Positions 1-8,308 of a stretch of DNA of 37,362 bases are shown piece after piece. The notes below the pieces were generated by a model. It made no database searches and was not told where the DNA came from. It saw nothing but the letters and a program-made list of their open reading frames with translations. The first letter of the stretch is position 1; every line of letters starts with the position of its first letter. A program made the position numbers and the translations under genes. This DNA comes from an uncultured bacterium (GTDB taxonomy: Bacteria > SAR324 > NAC60-12), in assembly GCA_964010765.1 (NCBI GenBank), contig CAXGMD010000027.1, positions 1 through 37,362 of the forward strand, written 5' to 3'.

Positions 1-23
1 ACTAGTACCATTACGGTCTTCAT
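1..23 (-). CDS. 5' end of a gene running off the window (MKTVMVL..., signal-peptide-like)
   Basis: Minus-strand GGGAG SD, then ATG at 23 and a K/hydrophobic N-terminus; only 7 codons visible. Confidence 0.4.
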
Positions 24-387
24 TTTGTCTCCCTGATTTCTGTTGTGAAACGTGACTTGAAGTGCTGCTGGTGATGCATTGAACAGACCCCCCCAACGCT
101 CCATCAACTAGGTGCCCGATCCTGCTGCAGATGGGTTGATCTCTCCGACCCCCCCGTACCCCCTTCTGTCCAGACTTCGATCCTATCTCCGAAAAAATAC
201 AAAAAATCCAGATCTGAGGATACTCAGAATCGTCATCACGCCCTTTTTTTGATTTAGCCTGTTCGATGCCAGAAAAGAGGCCACTTAGAACACACAAACA
301 GATTCAATACCGTTCCAAATCGACCTATACGGGTTCAATCGACTTCAGCACCGTCTAACCGTACCCCATCACCGATTCCCAGAGCCA

Positions 388-452
388 CCATCAACTGCTT
401 CAATTCACTTGAATACACGCAACTAGTCATTGGCTAAATTGACTGATTTCGT
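388..452. repeat. 65-bp imperfect direct repeat, copy 1 (copy 2 at 3183-3247)
   Basis: CCATCAACTGCTTCAATTCACTTGAAT...GATTTCGT; 60/65 identical by manual alignment. Confidence 0.9.
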
Positions 453-624
453 CGGATTTCTTTCTGTTGAGAAATCTCCTTTATAACCTAGAGACCATGC
501 CCGCACATATTCCTCTGCTTTGCACATTGACTTAACCTAACTTTCCAACCTGATTTTCATTAATAATGAATTCCCGCTTACCAACTGTTTGACTTTGGTG
601 TGCCGTGCTCAAATCACTGTCTGG

Positions 625-1119
625 CTAAAATTCTCCGAGCTTTTCAATTGAGAGCACACAGAAGGTCTCTTCCTTGTTCCAGTAGTCGCGCATGACAAAT
701 CTGATAATGATCTTACCACAAAATTCTTTCAGACTTCCCTCTACACTCTGGCATATTCTTACTTTGAAGGTGTCATTCTCCATCTTTGAAACAATTTGAT
801 AGTCAATTTTCTCTTCGTCCCCGCCAGGGTATGGATAGTTTGCATCAATGCAACCTCTCATTTGTGTTCTGTTTAGAAAGACTGCAGCCACGCTGTCATC
901 CCCATTCAGCTCTGTTATAAGTTGAGCAAAGCAACCAGGAGGAATAAGTTCATTCGCTGTTTGAAATTTACCCTGCTTTACAAAGTATTCTCTGGTTGTT
1001 GAACTTTGAGAACATTGATTTGGGTTCATTCTCACTATTTTCTGCTGCGCATTGATTTGCTGAGTAATTGTTAGGAGAAAATATAAGCAGCAGGTGACTT
1101 GAAAAAGTTGTTTTTTCAT
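625..1119 (-). CDS. Secreted hypothetical protein
   Basis: Open frame with Sec-type signal MKKQLFQVTCCLYFLLTITQQINA; several Cys; alternative GTG start at 1131. Confidence 0.65.
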   Translation of the reverse strand: MKKQLFQVTCCLYFLLTITQQINAQQKIVRMNPNQCSQSSTTREYFVKQGKFQTANELIPPGCFAQLITELNGDDSVAAVFLNRTQMRGCIDANYPYPGGDEEKIDYQIVSKMENDTFKVRICQSVEGSLKEFCGKIIIRFVMRDYWNKEETFCVLSIEKLGEF

Positions 1120-1326
1120 GGTCTTGTCCACAGTCTCATGTCAATGACAGTCAGTTCGAATAATTTCCATCAAGCATCAAAATTTCCATTGATGGGCCGT
1201 TCAGTCTTTTTCAACCAGACGCTACTGGATCTCATTAAAACCAAGCTGAGTTTTTGGGATCTGTTTTTTCACCAGACACAATTTCGATTCTTCTCTTAGC
1301 AAGAAAAATTTATCTGAGTAATCAAA

Positions 1327-2033
1327 ATGAAACCACTCCATAGACGTCCACTGCTCAAAAAATTGCTATAGCAGGATTAAGTATTGGCTCCGTTGGTTCT
1401 CTCGTATCTTGTTCTGCTTCGGGTGGAGGATCGGGTGAAAGTGATAATGCTACGGTTGACCTGGAACCAGTTGCTGCTGCTGATGAATCTGACAATGTTA
1501 GCAATCCCTCAGGTGTAGATTTAGATGAGAGTTTAGAGGTTAGTGATAACGCCACAGTTGAGGGGAATTCAGAAAGCTCGATTGATGATATTGAAAATGC
1601 CAGTGAATCTTCAGAGGTAGATTCGAATGAAAGTTCAGAAGTTAGCGACAATACCATAGTTAAGGAGGATCCAGACACCCCCATTGGTGCTACTGAAAAC
1701 GAAAACAATACCTTTGATGCTGATTTGATAATTGATACTACTGACAGTAATTATAGTGTTTTAGCGAATCCTGATGGTTCCTTGGCATTCAATGCTGTCA
1801 ACGGCATACCCAATCCAGGTATATTGGTACATCGAACCAGTCAGGACTCAGTTAACGTAGTAAGCCGCTATTGCACGCATTTGGGTTGTACGGTTGGCAG
1901 CAACTATGTTTGTGCTTGTCACAACAGCCGATTTGGTAAGGATGGGAGTGTTCTTCAGGGCCCAGCTTCTATTCCTCTTAAAACCTACACTGCTACAGTG
2001 AACGGTGACAGCATCCTGATCAATTTTTCTTAG
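1327..2033 (+). pseudogene. Tat-exported lipoprotein with acidic repeat linker and C-terminal Rieske [2Fe-2S] domain, frameshifted in an A6 run
   Basis: The ATG 1327 frame reads MKPLHRRPLLKK then stops at TAG 1369. The frame from 1362 is open to 2033, giving IAIAGLSIGSVGSLVSC (lipobox) and CTHLGC...CACHNSRF...GPA Rieske motifs. Confidence 0.75.
1440..1661 (+). repeat. Intragenic 102-bp (34-aa) period degenerate repeat, SDN(A/T)(T/I)V units
   Basis: Units start at 1440, 1542 and 1644, exactly 102 bp apart. Confidence 0.75.
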
Positions 2034-2236
2034 TTGTCCTCCCTGAAATAAAAAATTTCTAACCATTCGAATTAGTTCATATTGGTAATCTTCATAAAAT
2101 TTCATGGGCTAAAATATTAGCTTGGAATCACTAGGTCTCTTAACTCCCCCCCACTGTCCTCCGAGTCTATACGGATCGTTGACATACTTGGAAGCACAAT
2201 AACGTTGCATCCGTCAACCAATCCGAAAGAGGCATC

Positions 2237-2359
2237 ATGGAGTTTGGACAAAGAGATAACACCTACATCATCATTGCGCTCTGGACTGCCTGTACTGTTG
2301 GAGTCTGCGTTTCTCTGGCAGTATTGGAAACATTGCTGAAAGTGCCTGCTGTCCAGTAA
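2237..2359 (+). CDS. 40-aa single-TM microprotein MEFGQRDNTYIIIALWTACTVGVCVSLAVLETLLKVPAVQ
   Basis: AAAGAGG SD upstream of ATG; hydrophobic core; motif shared with the 29945 and 30204 ORFs. Confidence 0.6.
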   Translation: MEFGQRDNTYIIIALWTACTVGVCVSLAVLETLLKVPAVQ

Positions 2360-2549
2360 TAAATCTATCAAATTTGAATCCAGCTGGGGTCAAGCTGCCT
2401 CTGAGCACTACCTGCGATTGCAGGTTTGTCACGTAACAACAGTGCCAGCAGGTTTTTCATACCTGACACTAGTGGCCAATCAATAGTGCACTTGCCACGA
2501 TGCCCCAGCTGGTATTAGTACTATGGATTTGTGATGTCCAACTACACCC

Positions 2550-2819
2550 TCAGTTCTGTGTCGGAAAACTTTGCACCACTGGCGTGATTTCCCAATGACC
2601 CAGTTCGAGTACACTATCAAAAGCCTTATCAATGGCTTCCATCGAATCTGACTCAATGGCCATGTAGGCTGTGTGTTCCAGTCTGTTACTGTACATGGCG
2701 TGTAACTTCACACCTTTGTCAGTTAATTCCTGTATTGCAGAGTTATATTTCTTGAGTTTTTCCTGATTGCGAACATGGCAGGTCGAATAATCGTGTGTTT
2801 GTCCGATCATGAATAACAT
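2550..2819 (-). CDS. Small DUF3303/GYD-like protein (dimeric alpha+beta barrel type)
   Basis: GGGAG SD before ATG 2819 (MLFMIGQTH...); pattern H..Y...ESDS.EAI...EITPV. Confidence 0.6.
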   Translation of the reverse strand: MLFMIGQTHDYSTCHVRNQEKLKKYNSAIQELTDKGVKLHAMYSNRLEHTAYMAIESDSMEAIDKAFDSVLELGHWEITPVVQSFPTQN

Positions 2820-3182
2820 TAAATTCTCCCATTGATTGTGATTCAAAAAATACCAACCCACAGAAAAGCTAGTTGAACACCTTTGTCTGTGAGGCCGAAC
2901 TCAGCCCTGCTTCATAGAGTTCTTAGAATCGTCGTCACGTCATGTTTTTAAACTTTCATTGCCCCACTCAATGACCATAAATTTTAGCATTGTTTTGAAC
3001 TTAATGGAGCAACGTGTGTTGCATCTTAACCGAGCGGGGTATGCAGTAGTCGGAATTTGAGAGAATCAACTTGGGTGATGATTCACTTTGCTTGGAGATG
3101 CACTGTTGTTGAAGAAAATGTTCATAGATTTTTTTACATCAACAACAGATTGCGCCAACCTAGGTTTTTGTGCCAATTTGTG

Positions 3183-3247
3183 CCATCAACTGCTTCAATT
3201 CACTTGAATCCACGAAACTAGTCATTGACTAAATCAACTGATTTCGT
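3183..3247. repeat. 65-bp imperfect direct repeat, copy 2, abutting the tRNA-Lys att fragment region
   Basis: Matches 388-452 at 60/65. Confidence 0.9.
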
Positions 3248-3291
3248 TAAGTTTATTTCAGTTACTTCAAGTGCATTTTAGTAGAGATGGA

Positions 3292-3337
3292 ACTTTTAAT
3301 CAGGTGGTCCAGGGTTCGAGTCCCTGTCAGCCCACCA
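3292..3337 (+). mobile_element. Displaced 3' half of tRNA-Lys(UUU), the att core of an integrated element (not a functional tRNA)
   Basis: ACTTTTAAT anticodon loop, CAGGG-TTCGAGT-CCCTG T arm, acceptor 3' strand and CCA; upstream sequence cannot form the anticodon stem 5' strand, D arm or acceptor 5' strand. Confidence 0.85.
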
Positions 3338-3644
3338 ACAAAATCAGTTGCTTAGAAGTCAATCAAATTTCAGAGATCCTCAGAATTCCTCCTGCAGGCG
3401 CAATTCGGGCGCACTTCCAATAACAATTGTTCTCCTCACGATTCTTCACACTTCTACAGTCGTTTAGACCTAAGCCCAGAATTTCGCCAAGTTAATTAAA
3501 TTTTTCTGAAGTAATTCTAAAGATTGGGAAGAAGACGTGTCTGATGCTATCTCCTTGATGAGCATCTAAAACCTAAGTGATTTCAAAGAAGCTAAGTTAG
3601 AACTTCACAGTTTTATAGAATATTCTGGCAGCTTCTGTTTGGGA

Positions 3645-4412
3645 TCAGACCTGACAAGACATGCCTCCATCAACGAAGATCACGGTTCCGTTGATGTAGG
3701 ATGCGGCGTTGGAAAGCAGGAAGACAGCAACCCCACCGAGTTCATCCGGATCACCCCAGCGCTGCATAGGTGTTCTCCCAGAAATGAAGGAGGTGAATTG
3801 AGGATCTTTGACAAGATCGGTAGCCATCTCTGTGGCAAAGTAGCCAGGGGCGATACCGTTGCAGCGAATGCCTTGTGGTCCCAATTCAACAGCCAGGGCC
3901 TTGGTCAGGCCAACCACTCCGGCCTTGCTGGCAGTGTAGGCTGAGATGGTCTTACGAGCCTGGGGCCCCATGATTGAAGCAATATTGACAATTGACCCTG
4001 ATCCTTGAGCTTGCATCAAGCGCACGGCTTCCCGAGAAAGTAACCAACTCGCCCTGAGATTGGTGTTCACCACCTGATCAAAATCTTCTAGTTCAAATTT
4101 GATCAGCGGACGGCGGTGTTGAAAACCAGCATTGTTGATCAAGCCATCCAATCGACCGTACTGTTCCCGAATTTTTCCGAAAGCAGCAAGCACCTCATCG
4201 TCATTGGTGACGTCAAAAAGATAGTATTCAGCTTGTTGTCCCAACTCTTGAAGATATTGCTGACGCTCTTTGAGTAAGTTCTCATCTCGGCCATGCCGCA
4301 GGACGGTGGCTCCTGCTTCTGCAACTGCCTTGGCCATTGACCACCCCAGCCCCCGACTGGATCCAGTGATCAACACAATTTGGTTTTCAAGTGAAAACAA
4401 TTGTAGGCTCAA
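3645..4412 (-). CDS. SDR family oxidoreductase, gluconate 5-dehydrogenase (IdnO/Gno)-like
   Basis: TGSSRGLG, NNAG, YTASK and PGYFAT motifs. Confidence 0.9.
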   Translation of the reverse strand: MSLQLFSLENQIVLITGSSRGLGWSMAKAVAEAGATVLRHGRDENLLKERQQYLQELGQQAEYYLFDVTNDDEVLAAFGKIREQYGRLDGLINNAGFQHRRPLIKFELEDFDQVVNTNLRASWLLSREAVRLMQAQGSGSIVNIASIMGPQARKTISAYTASKAGVVGLTKALAVELGPQGIRCNGIAPGYFATEMATDLVKDPQFTSFISGRTPMQRWGDPDELGGVAVFLLSNAASYINGTVIFVDGGMSCQV

Positions 4413-4427
4413 GAAATTATTCTGTTT

Positions 4428-5483
4428 TTAAAGATATTTTTGTCGCTGCTCATCGAATTCTTCCGACCACTGCTTAATCAAATTGCTTTTAGTCGTGTGA
4501 TCAAGCCATGATCCTTCCAGGCCGTTGAGCATAAAGTTCTTGAGGTCATCGATGCCGTAACCGAAAGCTTCGATCATCATCCGCTGGCATTTGATTGGGT
4601 CGACTAGATGAAAAGAAGGATCGTCCGTATTTGGATGAATTTTTAATCCAGCCCGAGCCATTTGACGAATTGGGTGTTCTTGAGCCCATAAATCGGCGCT
4701 CAAGGTTCGAAGATAGTAGCTGTTTGTCGGGACCACCGTGATCAAAATTCCTTGATCAATGCAACGTGAGACAAGGGCGGGATTGTCGAGAACTGAGTAG
4801 GCATGATCGAGCCGATCAACTCCCAGAACATCCATTGCGGTTTCCACGTTCTTCCAGGAAGTGCCAAATTCTCCGGCATGAGCGGTTGTCTTCAAGCTCA
4901 CTTTTTTTGCCAATGCGTAGGCATCAGAAAATTTTTCAGGTGGATTGTTGACTTCGTTGTAATCCATTCCGATGCCCACAACGGCAGGATGACGGTGGGC
5001 GCACATCAACGCTACCATTTCGAGACCTGCGGATGCAGAGGCCTCACGATCGATACTGGGGATGAGTAAGCTGGTGATCCCGAAGTCTGTCTCAGCCTCG
5101 TTCATGCCCAAAAGAATGGCGTTCTGCAATTCGCTGTAAGAGAGATCAGTCGCTGCTAGAGTGCCTGTCGGGTTCCAGAAAAACTCTGCATGTCGAACCT
5201 GCTGACGGGAGGCGTCTTCCAGGTATTCATAGGTGATTCGACGCAGGTCATCAGGGTCTTGGAGAATTTGGTTTTCCAACTCACGGAAAACGTGGAGGAC
5301 CCCGACCGGCTTCTCACCACGGACGTAAAAAGCATTAATTTCAGCATCTGTGGTGCGGGCACCATTCTTACGAGCCAGTTCCTTCATGGTCTCCTTGCGG
5401 ACGGTACCAAGGAGATGACAATGCAACTCGATCTTGGGGATTTGCTGCAAAAACTGATTCAGAGTCAGGTTTGCTTCGCTCAT
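4428..5483 (-). CDS. Adenosine/adenine deaminase family amidohydrolase
   Basis: PKIELHCH, HAGE, RLDH and NTDDP metal/catalytic motifs. Confidence 0.9.
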   Translation of the reverse strand: MSEANLTLNQFLQQIPKIELHCHLLGTVRKETMKELARKNGARTTDAEINAFYVRGEKPVGVLHVFRELENQILQDPDDLRRITYEYLEDASRQQVRHAEFFWNPTGTLAATDLSYSELQNAILLGMNEAETDFGITSLLIPSIDREASASAGLEMVALMCAHRHPAVVGIGMDYNEVNNPPEKFSDAYALAKKVSLKTTAHAGEFGTSWKNVETAMDVLGVDRLDHAYSVLDNPALVSRCIDQGILITVVPTNSYYLRTLSADLWAQEHPIRQMARAGLKIHPNTDDPSFHLVDPIKCQRMMIEAFGYGIDDLKNFMLNGLEGSWLDHTTKSNLIKQWSEEFDEQRQKYL

Positions 5484-6373
5484 TGGTTTTGTCTCTGTTT
5501 TAGGGCTTTGATACAGATTTGAAGCGTAATCTTGGGGTCAATTCCGGTTCCAATCGAAGCATTCACAGTCTGCACAAAGTTGAACTCTGTCTGACCGTAT
5601 CGAGAATCATTCTCAGTGTGTACGGATAGGTTGACTCGCTCAAACTTGATTAGGAACGGCTGGACAACAGCCAGAGCAGCAATCGGATCGTAGATTGCCA
5701 TCCGCTCTCGTCCTCGGGAAAGGGCGATATCGAGGTAGCCTCCCAGTAAGTCTGCCAAAAGACCATCCTCCAAAACTGGCGCATCAGCTGGACCAAATGT
5801 GACTTGGCGGCAGAGTTCCAGATCGACAACCCACAGTGGTGCACCATGCTGAAGGACAGTGGCGAGGGCGTCTGCATCAGCAAAGGCATTGTATTCGGCA
5901 TGCTCGGTGTGGTTGCCTCTGGCCCGACTACCCCCCATCCAAGTTAGACTCCTTAACCTCTGCAGCTTGTCCGGAAAGCTTTGGTAGGCGAGAGCGAGGT
6001 TGGTGAGTGGACCGATGGCAAGCACGTCTTTGGTGCCTTCGGAATCCAGCCAGCTTGCCAAAGCTGGCTGCGCTTCCTGGACGTGTGGTGCTCGAACCAA
6101 GGGCAGGAATTGTCCTCGGCTGCGCATACCCTTTGGTCCTAGAACTCTTTCTGCAGTCTCCAAAGGACGGGACAACGGACCACCTGCACCTTTGTAGATT
6201 GGCCATGAGAAACCAAAATGGTGGATCGCACCTAAAGCGTTGGCACAGACTTGCTCCAGTTGGGAATTGCCTGCGACGAGGGACACGCCATCAATGGCAA
6301 CGCCCTCCGCTTCAAGGACCAGCAAGGCCCATAAGTCGTCAAATCCAAAGTCGGTATCGACCCATAATCCCAT
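5480..6373 (-). CDS. Nucleoside hydrolase (IU-NH family)
   Basis: DTDFGFDD Ca-binding motif, GPLTNLA, MGG...GN...AEYN. Confidence 0.9.
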   Translation of the reverse strand: MGLWVDTDFGFDDLWALLVLEAEGVAIDGVSLVAGNSQLEQVCANALGAIHHFGFSWPIYKGAGGPLSRPLETAERVLGPKGMRSRGQFLPLVRAPHVQEAQPALASWLDSEGTKDVLAIGPLTNLALAYQSFPDKLQRLRSLTWMGGSRARGNHTEHAEYNAFADADALATVLQHGAPLWVVDLELCRQVTFGPADAPVLEDGLLADLLGGYLDIALSRGRERMAIYDPIAALAVVQPFLIKFERVNLSVHTENDSRYGQTEFNFVQTVNASIGTGIDPKITLQICIKALKQRQNQ

Positions 6374-7392
6374 CAGCCAGCTCCCTTGATTTGGTGTCCA
6401 AACTGCTCGGGTAGGTCAAAGGCTAGGGTGGCTCCGATTGGATAAGGGGTATTCCCGGCTGGAGTGGAAGCTGTGATCCGACCTAGGGGGGAGGTGATGA
6501 CGTATTCCCACATCTCACCAGCGAAAGATACACCAGCAACCGTCCCACGGAAGGGGCCACTTCCTAAGCTGACACCACCAGGACGCCAGGCTAAAGATCC
6601 AGATGGAGCGTTGTATCCACTGATCTTGCTGCCGTCCCTGCCAATCAAGGCTCCCTCACGAACTTCGAAAATGTTCTCAAAGCCCATGAAATCGGCAGCA
6701 AAGACAGTACTGGGATGGTTGTAGAGTTCAGCTGGAGTGCCCATCTGTTCGATCAAACCGTCCTTCATCAGGACGACTCGGTCAGCTAGCGCAAGAGCCT
6801 CCCCTTGGTCATGGGTAACAAAGACCATGGTGATGCCGCTGTTGCGTTGCAGGCGCTGCAATTCAGACCGCATGTCCAGCCGCAAACGAGCATCCAGATT
6901 CGAAAGTGGCTCGTCAAGCAACATGACCTTGGGTTCCAGAACAAGAGATCTAGCCAAGGAGAGCCTTTGTTGCTGGCCACCGGAGAGCTCGCTCGGTTTA
7001 CGATTGGCAAATTCGCCAAGTTCGACCGTATCGAGACTTTGTTCCACTCGTTTCTTGATCTCACCATTTGAAACTTTTCTGAGTCGCAGGCCAAAGGCTA
7101 CATTTTCAAAGGCAGAAAGATGGGGGAATAATGCGTAGGACTGAAACACTAACCCAACACCACGTTTATTGGCAGGGACTTTAGTGACGTCGTTCCCATC
7201 AATCTCGATTGTCCCTGAGCGAGGAGACAATAGACCTGCGATGGCTCTCATCGTGGTGGTTTTGCCACATCCTGAGGGTCCAAGAAGAGTGATCAGCTCT
7301 CCTTTGCGGATGTTCAGGCTGAGTTTGGACACCGCGACCGTGTCCCCATAAGCAAGCGTCAGATTTTTCAGGGAAACAAAGGACTCAGACAT
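6373..7392 (-). CDS. ABC transporter ATP-binding protein (PotA-like)
   Basis: GPSGCGKT, LSGGQQQR, LLDEP; likely start ATG 7392 overlapping the permease stop. Confidence 0.92.
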   Translation of the reverse strand: MSESFVSLKNLTLAYGDTVAVSKLSLNIRKGELITLLGPSGCGKTTTMRAIAGLLSPRSGTIEIDGNDVTKVPANKRGVGLVFQSYALFPHLSAFENVAFGLRLRKVSNGEIKKRVEQSLDTVELGEFANRKPSELSGGQQQRLSLARSLVLEPKVMLLDEPLSNLDARLRLDMRSELQRLQRNSGITMVFVTHDQGEALALADRVVLMKDGLIEQMGTPAELYNHPSTVFAADFMGFENIFEVREGALIGRDGSKISGYNAPSGSLAWRPGGVSLGSGPFRGTVAGVSFAGEMWEYVITSPLGRITASTPAGNTPYPIGATLAFDLPEQFGHQIKGAG

Positions 7393-8161
7393 AGCGAGAG
7401 AAGCCCAAGAATTTTTCAGCGAGGAAAATGATCCCCACGGACATGATTGCGAGCAACGCAGAGAGGGCTGCAACTGAGGGGTCGTAAGTGATTTCCATAT
7501 AGGCCAGCATATCAATTGGCAGTGTGCGTACCCCTGGACCGGAAAGAAACAATGAAACGGGTACCTGATTAAAGCTAGTGACGAATCCCAAAATGAAAGC
7601 TGCTAGGACTCCTCCGCGAATATTGGGCAGCACTACTTTGACAAAAGCTCCCAATCGTGTGCAGCCCAGCAATATAGCAGCTTCCTCCATGTCGCTTCGC
7701 AAATTCTCCAAACTAGCTATTACAACTCGTACCGCATAGGGAATTACCAGCGCAGTGTGAGCCATGAAGAGCGCCAGTGAGACCGTGAAATCAAGTGGAA
7801 TCACCAGGTAACGCAACAGTCCGAGTCCAACAATGATCCCCGGAACGATGATTGGAGCTGCGACGATCGTTTTGACCGTCTCCGCAAAAGGTAGACGATA
7901 GCGACTGAGAGCGTAGGCTGCCGGAACGCCGAGCACCAAGGCCGTCAGTGTTCCAAATACAGCAAGGAACATGGAGAGAGCAAAACTCTCCCGAAAACTC
8001 TGGACTTTGAAGACTGCCCAATACCATTTGAGCGAGAGTCCCTGCGGTGGAAAAGCCAAATTTTCTCCAGCCGATAGACCTGCTGCAATAATGATAAAAA
8101 ATGGCCCGATCAGGAAAGTGAGGGTCAGTCCAATAATCAAAAATGATGTCCACTTACCCAT
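7385..8161 (-). CDS. ABC transporter permease (PotC-like)
   Basis: TM helices, EEAA..LG loop, FVTSFN...TLP. Confidence 0.92.
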   Translation of the reverse strand: MGKWTSFLIIGLTLTFLIGPFFIIIAAGLSAGENLAFPPQGLSLKWYWAVFKVQSFRESFALSMFLAVFGTLTALVLGVPAAYALSRYRLPFAETVKTIVAAPIIVPGIIVGLGLLRYLVIPLDFTVSLALFMAHTALVIPYAVRVVIASLENLRSDMEEAAILLGCTRLGAFVKVVLPNIRGGVLAAFILGFVTSFNQVPVSLFLSGPGVRTLPIDMLAYMEITYDPSVAALSALLAIMSVGIIFLAEKFLGFSRYV

Positions 8162-8308
8162 CAGGATCTTCTGCCAAGAACACTGTTCCGCAGATCTTTT
8201 CCAAGTGCGAAGAGGTCCGGTGAAAATTTTGATCTCATACTTTCAAAAACAAGAGCCAGTAGAGTGATTGTCTGCCCATCTAGGATTGTTATACAGTTGA
8301 TTTCTGGA

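Noticed and set aside
1099..1299. 66-aa plus-strand ORF and short TTTTTCA(A)CCAGAC direct repeat (~1207-1220, ~1265-1277)
   Set aside because: The ORF has a TTG start overlapping a divergent gene and no motif; two short copies do not make an array.
1355..1708. 117-aa Ser-rich minus-strand ORF
   Set aside because: It is the antisense shadow of the acidic linker of the Rieske gene.
2117..2371. 84-aa minus-strand ORF
   Set aside because: No motif; it overlaps the better-supported plus-strand microprotein, which has an SD and paralogs.
3262..3337. Intact tRNA-Lys gene
   Set aside because: The 5' half cannot pair: there is no GGGCTGA acceptor strand and no CCTGA anticodon-stem strand. Only the 3' 46 nt are tRNA-like.
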